Shown here piece by piece: positions 10,102 through 18,586 of a DNA stretch of 64,000 nucleotides (position 1 is its first letter; every line of letters starts with the position of its first letter). A model generated the notes under the pieces. The model was not told the DNA's origin, did no database searches, and saw only the letters and a list, made by a program, of their open reading frames with translations. The stretch lies in assembly GCA_038060895.1 (NCBI GenBank), contig JBBTCT010000001.1:128001-192000 (forward strand), read 5' to 3'. Position numbers and translations under genes: made by a program. Source of the stretch: Planctomycetota bacterium. Lineage in GTDB: Bacteria; Planctomycetota; MHYJ01; WSZJ01.

Positions 10102-10842
10102 CTACTTCTGCGAACTGTCGCTTTCGTCAACGCTCTCGACGCTCCCGCCCCACATGTTTCCCTTCTTCATCATCTCGTCGTACTTCGCGCCCTGCTCTGG
10201 CGTCAGCACCAGCTTGACCTTTTCGTTCGTTTCCGCCTGCAGCTTGTTGTAGTCAACCGCTTCCGCGTTTTCGTTTTCCTGGGTGTCGGTCCACATTGTG
10301 TTCATGCGTCCCCACTGGTCGGCGAAGATCGTCGCCAGCTGGTTTTTCTGCGTCTCGGTCAGCTCCAGTTTCTTGGCCAGGCTCTCTGCCCAGCTTTTCG
10401 CAGAGACCTCCAGCTGCTTCCTGTACGCCCGCGCCTGTTTCTCCTTGTCGATCTTGTCCTTCTGCACCATCGCGTCCTGGACCGCCTTGGAGAGGTCGTC
10501 CTTGCTGAGGCCGGGGCCGCCCTTGGCCGCGACCAGCGGGTCGCCCGGCGCGCCCGCCGCGCCCGGGAGATGTGAAGCCGAACCTGTTCGAAGCGCCGCA
10601 ATCTCCTCCCGGAGCCTGGCGATCTCGAGAGCGACGTCGGGAGAGGAAGACGGAGCCTGTTTGTTGGCGTCAGCGGTTGCGCCCGGCTCGGAGCGGGACG
10701 TCGAGCCGCCCTCGAGGCGCTCTACGCGGTCTCCGAGGGAGTTGAGGGAGCCGGCCATGCGGCGGAATTCGATGGAGGCGAAGACGAAAGAAGCGGAAAC
10801 GACGAGGCCCAGGAATGCGGACATGACGGTCGAAGTCTTCAT
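10102..10842 (-). CDS. Membrane-anchored coiled-coil protein with Spy/CpxP-like LTxxQ motifs
   Basis: N-terminal TM helix; 'KLELTETQK', 'ETNEKVKLVLTPEQGAKY'; tandem paralogue of 9392-10072. Confidence 0.65.
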   Translation of the reverse strand: MKTSTVMSAFLGLVVSASFVFASIEFRRMAGSLNSLGDRVERLEGGSTSRSEPGATADANKQAPSSSPDVALEIARLREEIAALRTGSASHLPGAAGAPGDPLVAAKGGPGLSKDDLSKAVQDAMVQKDKIDKEKQARAYRKQLEVSAKSWAESLAKKLELTETQKNQLATIFADQWGRMNTMWTDTQENENAEAVDYNKLQAETNEKVKLVLTPEQGAKYDEMMKKGNMWGGSVESVDESDSSQK

Positions 10843-10946
10843 GGGATGCTCCGGCTGGGGTCCTGCGCGAAGACGGCACGGGGGGGCGCTGAGTTCAGAC
10901 CCTGAATCATAATGATTGGAGCCACGGAATGGGCCCGCGAATCGCG

Positions 10947-11384
10947 CTAGAACGGCACCGGGTCGTCCAGCATCTCCAGCTTTGCTTCGACTTCCAGCAT
11001 CATCTCGAGCAGGCGCCTGCGCCGCTCGTCCATGGTCATCCTGGTGATCAGTTCGGTCGGGGTGTCCTGCGTCGGCCGCCGGAGAATCCTGGTTTCCGGT
11101 GTCGAGGCCGGCGCGACTGCGGGCGGGCTGTCGAGCCTGAGAGTGACCTGCAGTTCCGCTTTCGGGAGGCGGGCCTCCAGGCGCGGCGTGGGAGCGAGCT
11201 TGGGCAAGGGCGCATCGGGGCGGGCATCCGGTCGCCCGGCGGTTGGAAACCAGACGCCGTGACGTCCCGGTGAAACGGGCACCAGGATGGGAATCGGCCG
11301 GCTTTCCCCGGCGGCTGGCAGGAGTCGCGGCGAGGGACGGGGAGCGTCGCTCGGGGAAGGCGGCGGCTGGGGTTTGTTGGGCAT
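10947..11384 (-). CDS. Hypothetical proline-rich protein with a C-terminal helical segment
   Basis: ORF from ATG 11384. Low-complexity Pro-rich body, but a plausible amphipathic C-terminus 'DERRRRLLEMMLEVEAKLEMLDDPVPF'. Confidence 0.4.
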   Translation of the reverse strand: MPNKPQPPPSPSDAPRPSPRLLPAAGESRPIPILVPVSPGRHGVWFPTAGRPDARPDAPLPKLAPTPRLEARLPKAELQVTLRLDSPPAVAPASTPETRILRRPTQDTPTELITRMTMDERRRRLLEMMLEVEAKLEMLDDPVPF

Positions 11385-11759
11385 GCGATGGCCGGGGGGA
11401 ATGGGCGCAAGGAACGTGCCCGGGGACTCAGGAAGCCAGGCGTGATGGAAGGTCTTCCGGCGCGACACTTTAGCGAAATTCTGCACGTTCTTAAATATCT
11501 TAAAGTTTTATGATTTTTGTACAGGTGTACATTCCGAATTACAGAGAGCGCGCGAAAGAATCGAGCGCCAACGCGCGATCCGGACTCGCAATCCGCCGTT
11601 GGAAAGGCTCGACGGCGGGGCGCGAGCCCAAATCACGCGCCGTCTCGAGCCTCACCTCGAAGTTGGCAGCCCGCTTTGAGTCGCTCACAGGCTCCTCCCA
11701 AATGGAATGCGCTTCCAACACTCAAAGGACAAAAGCGTTTGCAGAGAAGTCGTTTTCCG

Positions 11760-11875
11760 CTGAGCGCGAAAAAAATCCTCGTGGGCCGGGCGGAGTCGGC
11801 CCTTAGACCAAGAACACATCCGCAACCGTCACAAGGCCGACGTAGCCTGCCCCGCGAGGATTTTTTCGCGCTCAG
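11760..11875. repeat. About 115-bp imperfect inverted repeat (hairpin element)
   Basis: CTGAGCGCGAAAAAAATCCTCGTGGG...GTCGGCCCTT pairs with AAGGCCGAC...CCCGCGAGGATTTTTTCGCGCTCAG. Confidence 0.8.
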
Positions 11876-11889
11876 ACAGGTCGAGGTGC

Positions 11890-12807
11890 CTACGTCGCCA
11901 CCCCCGACTCTTCAATCTCCACCTCCCCGCCCCCAATGCGGCACTTGACGCCAATAGGCACGACCCAGCTTGAAACGTGATGCCCGAACGATTCCGTCTT
12001 CATCACCGGCCACCTCTCGTCCTCCGAGGCTTTCAGCGTCACCTGCTTCACCGTCACCCCGAACTTCTGTTCCTCGATCCCCTCCAGATGCCCCACAACC
12101 ATCCCCTTCAGCCCCCGGAATTCCCCGCCCAGCCTCAGGTGCCAGAGCGCGCTGTTGACGTCGTCCACGTTTTCGCCCACGTCCTCCCAGAAGTACACCC
12201 GTCCGCGCCATGCCGGCTCGTACCCCGTCCCCTTCAGCCAAACCGTGCTCCATAGGTTCCCGGCAACCGTCAGCCCGCGCCGGACCGCGGCATCCCGCCA
12301 GGCCGCCGTCTCACCGGGCGGCTTTCCCGCCGGCCGCGGATCCATCAGCGCCCTCGCGAAAAACTCGCGCGACTTCTCTCGTCCTTCAGAAAGTCCCCAC
12401 AACACGTTCTCACCCATGAAGGTCACAAGCCCGGTCTTGCGGTGGACGGCATTGAGCAACGACGTGTTGTCGCTGAATCCCATGAAGACCTTGGGATTGC
12501 GCGAGATCCGCGGGTAGTCGAGCAGCTCCAGAATCTCGAACGCTGAAAAGCCGCCGACAAGGCAGAAGATGCCCTTCACTTTCGCGTCCACGAACTGCCG
12601 GTTCAGGTCGTCGGCACGAAGCGCCCGGTCGCGCCCGATGTAGCCGCGTGATTTCTTCACCGATTCCCCGACGCGGACGCGCAGCCCCTGTCCTTCGAGG
12701 AAGCGGACGCCGTTCTGGATCTGGTCGTCGTATGGCGGACACCCCGAGGGCGCGACGATGGCGACCAGGTCGCGCGGGCGGAGGATGCGGGGCTTGACGG
12801 GTGTCAT
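11890..12807 (-). CDS. LD-carboxypeptidase (peptidase S66 family)
   Basis: 'VAIVAPSG', 'RADDLN', catalytic 'GFSDNT' (Ser), 'EDVGE' (Glu), 'FGH' (His), 'PIG'. Confidence 0.9.
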   Translation of the reverse strand: MTPVKPRILRPRDLVAIVAPSGCPPYDDQIQNGVRFLEGQGLRVRVGESVKKSRGYIGRDRALRADDLNRQFVDAKVKGIFCLVGGFSAFEILELLDYPRISRNPKVFMGFSDNTSLLNAVHRKTGLVTFMGENVLWGLSEGREKSREFFARALMDPRPAGKPPGETAAWRDAAVRRGLTVAGNLWSTVWLKGTGYEPAWRGRVYFWEDVGENVDDVNSALWHLRLGGEFRGLKGMVVGHLEGIEEQKFGVTVKQVTLKASEDERWPVMKTESFGHHVSSWVVPIGVKCRIGGGEVEIEESGVAT

Positions 12808-12959
12808 GCTGAGATCCTCTCGAGGAGTGCGCGGAAGCGTGTCAGGAGCGCGTCGATGAGATCGCGAGCTTCCTCCGGAACACGACCCGAGGCGAGTCTC
12901 GTGAAACCGGGGAGGTGGCAGAAGAGGACGGCGACGGTGCTGCGTTCTGAAGAAGGCAC
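12804..12959 (-). pseudogene. 51-aa N-terminal fragment of a class III adenylate/guanylate cyclase
   Basis: Manual translation: MPSSERSTVAVLFCHLPGFTRLASGRVPEEARDLIDALLTRFRALLERISA*. This matches the cyclase 'ERR.V.VLF.DL.GFT.L.....PE....L' start. Below the 60-aa cutoff of the track. Confidence 0.65.
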
Positions 12960-13048
12960 GGGGTCATGATACGGCCCGCGGAGCGATCGGGCATTCAGAG
13001 GACAGATCCGTTTTCCGCCCGGCCTCGTAGAATGTCCGGGTCACCGGC

Positions 13049-13795
13049 ATGGCACCGCAAACGACGACGAAGCGCTTTCCCGGCAGGACCGCTCCCCAGG
13101 CGGCGGCAGGAGCGTCGCCTTCCACCGTGCTGTCCCTCGCGGTGGTGATCCCGGCGCTGAATGAAGAAGCCCGGATCGATGCCGCGGTTGCCTCCGCGTG
13201 GGCGGCCGGCGCGTACGAAGTCGTGGTCGCCGACGGCGGCTCGACGGACGGGACGCGCGAGCGAGCCGCGGCGGTCGCGCGGGTCATCGCTTCTCCTCAG
13301 GGGCGCGCGGCCCAGATGAACTCGGGCGCCGCCGCCACGAAGTCCGACGTCGTCCTGTTTCTGCACGCCGACTCCCGCCTTCCGCGCGACGCCGCAGCGC
13401 TGGTGCGAAGCGTCCTCGCCGACCCGCTCGTCCGCGCCGGTGCGTTCCGCATGCGCTTCGACGCCCCGGGGTTCTATTTCAGATTCATCACGGCGCTCTC
13501 CCACGCCCGCGCCTGGTGGTGGGGAATCACGCTGGGCGACCAGGCGATCTTCGCCCGGCGGGAACTGTTCCGGAGCCTGGACGGCTTCCGGGACCTCCCC
13601 ATCCTCGAGGACCTCGACTTCGCCGACCGCGCCCGGCGCGCGGCGAGATTTCGCGTCCTCAAGGCCGAAGTCCTGACAAGCGCGCGACGATGGGAACTCC
13701 GCGGGCGGCTTCGCACCAGCGTTTCGAACTGGGCTATCCTGTTCCTGTACAAGCTGGGGATGCGCCCTGAAGCGCTGGCGGGCTTGTATCGATGA
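13049..13795 (+). CDS. GT2 glycosyltransferase, TIGR04283-like (rSAM/selenodomain- and arsenosugar-associated)
   Basis: 'VVIPALNEE', 'VVADGGSTDGT', 'GRAAQMNSGA', 'LFLHADSRLP', 'GDQAIF', 'PILED', 'TSARRW'. The start may be the GTG at about 13127. Confidence 0.85.
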   Translation: MAPQTTTKRFPGRTAPQAAAGASPSTVLSLAVVIPALNEEARIDAAVASAWAAGAYEVVVADGGSTDGTRERAAAVARVIASPQGRAAQMNSGAAATKSDVVLFLHADSRLPRDAAALVRSVLADPLVRAGAFRMRFDAPGFYFRFITALSHARAWWWGITLGDQAIFARRELFRSLDGFRDLPILEDLDFADRARRAARFRVLKAEVLTSARRWELRGRLRTSVSNWAILFLYKLGMRPEALAGLYR

Positions 13796-13832
13796 AGCGC
13801 TTCCAGGGCGAACTGAATCCGGAGGATCGAGG

Positions 13833-14642
13833 ATGAAGAAGCTGAAGATCACCCTCTGTGCCGTGGCGATCCTTGCCGCCGGCGCCCTGGCCTTCTGGAA
13901 ACTTCGCCCGGCCGAGAAGGTTCCCGTCAAGCTGACGGACAAGGAGCTGACGAAGGACGAGGCCTTTCCTCATACGCTGTGGACCAAGGTCCTCAAAAAG
14001 CACAGCAAGGACGGTTACCTCCGTTACAAGGCGGTGAAGGACGATCCCGCCGACCTCGACGCGTACCTCGGTTACGTGGCCAAGTTCTCGCCGGAGTCGA
14101 AGCCCGAGACCTTCCCGAAACGCGAGGACAGGTTCGCGTACGCGATCAATGCCTACAACGCCTACGTCGTCAAAGGCGTGATCGATCACTACCCGTGCGA
14201 GTCCGTGATGAAGATCGGCTCGATCCCCGACGACTTCTTCAGCCAGTTCGAGTACCCCTTCGGCGGCAAGTCCTACACGCTGAAGGCCTGGGAAAACAAG
14301 GCCCGCGAAGAATTCGGCGATCCTCGCATCCACTTCGCCGTCAACTGCGCTTCCATCGGCTGCCCGCGCCTTCCGGACGAAGCGTTCGAGCCGGGGCGCC
14401 TCGAGGAGCAGCTGGCCCGCGAGACGCAGAAGTTCGTGAACGAGGAACGAAACGTGAAAGCCGAGGACGGCAAGGTAAAGCTCTCGAGTATTTTCAAGTG
14501 GTACAAGGGCGACTTCACGAAGTGGCTGGAATCGAAGGGGAAGCCGCCGGACCTGCTTGTGTATCTCAAGGAGTGCGGGCGCGACGTGACGGGAGAGATC
14601 GAATTCCTGCCGTACGACTGGGGAATCAACGACCTGAAGTAG
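13833..14642 (+). CDS. DUF547 domain-containing exported protein
   Basis: 'A..INAYNA', 'DPRIHFAVNCASIGCPRL', 'LSSIFKWY.GDF', 'YDWGIND'; GGAGG RBS. Confidence 0.9.
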   Translation: MKKLKITLCAVAILAAGALAFWKLRPAEKVPVKLTDKELTKDEAFPHTLWTKVLKKHSKDGYLRYKAVKDDPADLDAYLGYVAKFSPESKPETFPKREDRFAYAINAYNAYVVKGVIDHYPCESVMKIGSIPDDFFSQFEYPFGGKSYTLKAWENKAREEFGDPRIHFAVNCASIGCPRLPDEAFEPGRLEEQLARETQKFVNEERNVKAEDGKVKLSSIFKWYKGDFTKWLESKGKPPDLLVYLKECGRDVTGEIEFLPYDWGINDLK

Positions 14643-15618
14643 CGCGTTCCGCCAGGCCCGCCGGCGCCGCCGCAAGCCCTGCCCTCTCGCGTCCTCCCGG
14701 TGTAATCTTCCACCTCCGGTGCATCCACTGCCACTGCTCCGGGGCCTTGCGGATGTGTTTCTCCAGCGCCGCGGTCGTCTCGCGCGTCAGCCGCGCAACT
14801 TCCTGGTCCCGGGGCGCAGCCAGGTCGGGACGGATTGGCTCGTCGAAGTAAAGCGTGTACCGGAAAGCTCTCCCTTCCCGAAGGCACGCGAAGGGGACCA
14901 TCGGCGCCCCTGTCGCGCAGGACAGCAGCGCGGGAGTCGTGACCGTCAGGATGTCCCGCCCGAAAAACGGCACCAGCATCCCCGTATCGCGCGGGTTGCG
15001 ATCCGTCAGGAGAGCGACAATCGACCCGGTGCGCAGCGCGCGGATGAGCCCGCGGAACGCGCCGTTCATGGCAACCGTGGTGTGGCCGCGCAACTGCCGC
15101 TCGCGTTCCATCCTCTCGTGCAGGCGCGCGTTGCGGGAGCGGTGCGCGATGCTCGTCAGCTTCAAATCGTTGCGCCCGGCCCACTGCGCCCCCAGCTCCC
15201 AGTTCCCCAGGTGTCCCGAAACGAAGATCAGGCCCTTCCCTTCTCGCGCCGCCTTGAGTACCGGCCTCTCTCCCGAAATCTTCACGATCTCCGACCACCC
15301 GCGGCTCTTGGCGCTTCGCGGCGCCTTCAGCATTTCCGCGGCCATCTGTCCGAAGTGCTCGAAGCAGGCGACGGCGGTGCGCGCGGCCCAGGCCTCCGAC
15401 TTTGCAGGGAACGCGGCGCGGAGCTGTTCTTCGGCGCGGCGGCGGTAACGCGGAAGAGCCACGGCGGCAGCGCGCCCGGTCGCGCGTCCGAGTTCGAGCG
15501 CGGCGGCGAGGGGCAGCGCGTGCACCGGAAGAAGCGCGAAGTTGAGGACCTGCATCTCGACCGCGCGCGCGACGCTGCCGAGGAGGCCTTCACCGAAGCG
15601 GAAGATTTTGACGGTCAT
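14626..15618 (-). CDS. Lipid A late acyltransferase family protein (LpxL/HtrB-like), paralogue 1
   Basis: 'GHLGNWE' catalytic motif, 'VPFFG', 'PEQWQWMHRRWK'. Confidence 0.88.
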   Translation of the reverse strand: MTVKIFRFGEGLLGSVARAVEMQVLNFALLPVHALPLAAALELGRATGRAAAVALPRYRRRAEEQLRAAFPAKSEAWAARTAVACFEHFGQMAAEMLKAPRSAKSRGWSEIVKISGERPVLKAAREGKGLIFVSGHLGNWELGAQWAGRNDLKLTSIAHRSRNARLHERMERERQLRGHTTVAMNGAFRGLIRALRTGSIVALLTDRNPRDTGMLVPFFGRDILTVTTPALLSCATGAPMVPFACLREGRAFRYTLYFDEPIRPDLAAPRDQEVARLTRETTAALEKHIRKAPEQWQWMHRRWKITPGGRERAGLAAAPAGLAERATSGR

Positions 15619-15686
15619 TTCGAGCGTTTCATTCTAGAAGGAGGCTCCACTGGCGCGTACCCCAAGTTTTCCGGAGGAATTCGCGT

Positions 15687-16685
15687 TCATTTTCGGACGG
15701 CCTCCGGACCTGCCCGGGGCGCCTCCCAGGTTCTCCTGGTTCCGTCCGGCGTGCTGCGCCAGCGGCGATGGGCCCAGAGCCATTGCTCGGGCCGTTCCCG
15801 GATCGACCGTTCGAAAATCGCGGTGTACCAGGCGGAGATCGACTTGACGTCTGCGTCGAGGTTGCCCGTCCGTGCCGGTTCCGGATCAGAATGACAACCG
15901 AAGACGTACCGGAATGGCGCCTCGCGGTACGTGTAGAACGGGAGGAGGCGGCATCCGGTCTTGAGCGCAATGACCGCGGGGGTCGGCCACGTCGATGCAA
16001 GCCGGCCGAAGAACGGCACGAACACGCCGTCTCTTCCCGCATTCTGGTCGGACAAGATCACCCCGATCCGGCCGGCCCTCACGTCACGCATCAGTTCCCG
16101 CAGCCCGCCTCCCTGCTTGACGATTTTCCCGCCCGTCGCCCCGCGGGCGGAATTCAGGAATTCATCCACGAAGGGATTCCGGAACGGCCGCGCGATGCTC
16201 GTCAGCGGATAGCCCAGGAGGTTCATCACGATCCCCGCCAGCTCCCACGAGCCCTGGTGCGCGCCAACGAAAATCGCTCCCCTGCCGCTCTTCAGCGCCT
16301 CATCCAGGATCTCGCGCCCTTCGAGCCGCACATACTTCGGCCAGTTTTCCTTTGCGACCCGCCTCCGGAGCACCATGCCTTCGATGATGGAGGAGGCGAA
16401 GTGCTCGAACATGTGCCTCGTGATCTGGCGGGCTCGCCGGGGCTCGTATCCGGCGGCGACGAGGTGCTCGATTGCCCGGGGACGATGCCGGGCGTCTACG
16501 CGAAAGGCAATTCTTCCCGACAGCTTGGAAAGGCCTCGCAGCATCGGGTCGCCCATGCCGAGGAGAAGCGACACCGCGAGCCGGGGCCCTGCGTACTGGA
16601 GCCAGTACGCCGCGCGCACCAGGGGCGGCATGTCGTCCGGCCGGCTCCCGCGACGGGCCGGCGCGGCCTCAGGCGGTTGCGCCAT
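15687..16685 (-). CDS. LpxL/HtrB-like acyltransferase, paralogue 2
   Basis: 'AHQGSWE', 'SDQNAG..GVFVPFFG', 'PEQWLWAHRRWR'. Confidence 0.88.
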   Translation of the reverse strand: MAQPPEAAPARRGSRPDDMPPLVRAAYWLQYAGPRLAVSLLLGMGDPMLRGLSKLSGRIAFRVDARHRPRAIEHLVAAGYEPRRARQITRHMFEHFASSIIEGMVLRRRVAKENWPKYVRLEGREILDEALKSGRGAIFVGAHQGSWELAGIVMNLLGYPLTSIARPFRNPFVDEFLNSARGATGGKIVKQGGGLRELMRDVRAGRIGVILSDQNAGRDGVFVPFFGRLASTWPTPAVIALKTGCRLLPFYTYREAPFRYVFGCHSDPEPARTGNLDADVKSISAWYTAIFERSIRERPEQWLWAHRRWRSTPDGTRRTWEAPRAGPEAVRK

Positions 16686-17598
16686 CGGAGGCCACCGCCT
16701 CCCCGGGTTTCGTCTTCCACCGTCGGTGGATCCACATCCACTGTTCCGGCGCAGCCAGGATCCGCTTCTCCAGCGCCTCCGTCAGCCGCCGGGTCGCTTC
16801 CAGCACCGCCTCGGGCATGGGAAGCGTGCCGTCGGGGACGAACGGTTCTTCGATCTGGATGAGGCTCCGCCCGCCGGGGAGCCGCGTGACGGCAAACCCG
16901 ACGATGGGCGCGCCGGATTTGATCGAGAGCAGCGCGGGAGCCTTGATGGTCGAGGCGTCCTGTCCGAGGAATGGGACGAACACCCCGTGATGGCGCGCGT
17001 CCTGGTCCACGTAAAGCGTCAGGACCCCGCCGTCGCGAAGCGCCTGGAGTCCTTCCTTCATGGCGCCGGCGCGCCAGATCACGCGGGTCCCGACTTGTTT
17101 CCAGAAGTCCTCGAAACCGCGATTCATGAGCGGGTTGTCCATCGCACGGCGAACGACGTTGACGTTGTAGCCGCGCGCCGCCATGGCGACGTTGAAGACT
17201 TCCCAGTCGCCGAAATGTCCGCTGACGGCGATGACGCCGCGGCCCATCGCACGCGCGCGCTCGAGGCGGTCGAGCCCTTCGACTTCGATTCGCTTGTCCC
17301 AGCTGCCGCGTGCCCGGTCGCGCGGGATGCGCACGGTCCGGATAATCGTCTCCATCAGGTGGTAGAAAGATCCCTCGGCGACGTCCTTTCCGCGACGCCC
17401 GAGAACCCGGGTCGCTTCCTTCTTCGCAATCGCTCCGCGCTTCCGCATCACGGACCATAGCAGGCCCGACAGGACGCGCCCCATTCCGAGGGCGAGCGCT
17501 TCGGGGAGCAGCAGCGTTGCATACTGGCCGCCGCGTCCGAGCCAGTACTGCAGGCGCCAGGCGGCCGACATGAAGACGCCGCCGGAGTGCGAGTTCAT
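16669..17598 (-). CDS. LpxL/HtrB-like acyltransferase, paralogue 3
   Basis: 'GHFGDWE', 'VDQDA..GVFVPFLG', 'PEQWMWIHRRWK'. The ATG at 17598 is preceded by TATCCT-N6. Confidence 0.88.
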   Translation of the reverse strand: MNSHSGGVFMSAAWRLQYWLGRGGQYATLLLPEALALGMGRVLSGLLWSVMRKRGAIAKKEATRVLGRRGKDVAEGSFYHLMETIIRTVRIPRDRARGSWDKRIEVEGLDRLERARAMGRGVIAVSGHFGDWEVFNVAMAARGYNVNVVRRAMDNPLMNRGFEDFWKQVGTRVIWRAGAMKEGLQALRDGGVLTLYVDQDARHHGVFVPFLGQDASTIKAPALLSIKSGAPIVGFAVTRLPGGRSLIQIEEPFVPDGTLPMPEAVLEATRRLTEALEKRILAAPEQWMWIHRRWKTKPGEAVASDGATA

Positions 17599-17653
17599 GC
17601 GGACAGGATACACCTTGCGAGGCCCGCGACCTAGACGGACCCGTCGGCGACGG

Positions 17654-18553
17654 TCACGCGGTCCGCGGCCGCCACCGCCGGTGCATCCAGAGCCACTGTC
17701 CCGGCGTCTCGCGGATGTGCTCTTCGAGCTTCCCGGCCATGCGCTCCGTCGCACGGCGCACCGCTTCTTCAGGCTCCCCCGAAGGATCGGCCAGGAACAA
17801 CGGGTCGAACACCAGGCGGATGCGCCCGTCGGGCAGCCTCGGCGCGGCGAAGGTCACGATCGGCGCGCCGTACCGGACGGAAAGGACCGCGGGAGTCCGG
17901 TACGTCGCCGCGAGGCGCCCGAACCACGGCACTTCAATCGAGTCCTGCCGGGCGTACTGGTCGGCGAGAATCGCGAGGAGCTCGTTTCTGCGAAGTGCCC
18001 TCAGTGCGTCGCGCATGGCGCCCTTCTTGTCGATCGTCGCCTGGCCGGTCGCCCGGCGGAACGACTCGAGCTTCCGGCGGATGAACGGGTTGCGCGGCGG
18101 CTTGATGACCGTGTTGACCTTGTATCCCTGAAGCGACATTCCCCACCCGGCCGCCTCCCAGTTGCCGAGGTGGGCGCCGACGACGATGACGCCTTTGCCC
18201 AGTTTCAGCGCCGCATCGACGTGCTCGAGCCCCTCGAACACGATCGCCTTCCGCCACCGTTCGCCGCCGAAAATCCGGTGGGCGCGCACCATTTCAACCA
18301 TGACTTCCCCGAAGTGCCGGAATGAAGCGCGGGCCGCCTGCGCGCCGGAGGGACCGAGGGCTGCCACGGCATTGTCGCGTGCCGTGCGGTTCCGCCCGCG
18401 GAGCACGAGCCGGGCGCAGGAGCCAAGGAAGCGTCCGCAGGCCCGGGCCAGCCCCTCGGGCAGGATGAGAACCCCGGCGCGCGCCACGAGGAAGAAGACG
18501 TAAACGAGCAGCGAAACGGGCGTGCCGAGGACGGGGTGGTCTTCGAGCTTCAC
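17654..18553 (-). CDS. LpxL/HtrB-like acyltransferase, paralogue 4
   Basis: 'AHLGNWE', 'ADQ', 'VPWFG', 'PGQWLWMHRRWR'. Confidence 0.88.
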   Translation of the reverse strand: MKLEDHPVLGTPVSLLVYVFFLVARAGVLILPEGLARACGRFLGSCARLVLRGRNRTARDNAVAALGPSGAQAARASFRHFGEVMVEMVRAHRIFGGERWRKAIVFEGLEHVDAALKLGKGVIVVGAHLGNWEAAGWGMSLQGYKVNTVIKPPRNPFIRRKLESFRRATGQATIDKKGAMRDALRALRRNELLAILADQYARQDSIEVPWFGRLAATYRTPAVLSVRYGAPIVTFAAPRLPDGRIRLVFDPLFLADPSGEPEEAVRRATERMAGKLEEHIRETPGQWLWMHRRWRPRTA

Positions 18554-18586
18554 GGCAAGACGATAGAGCGAAGCGGTTGGAGCGGG

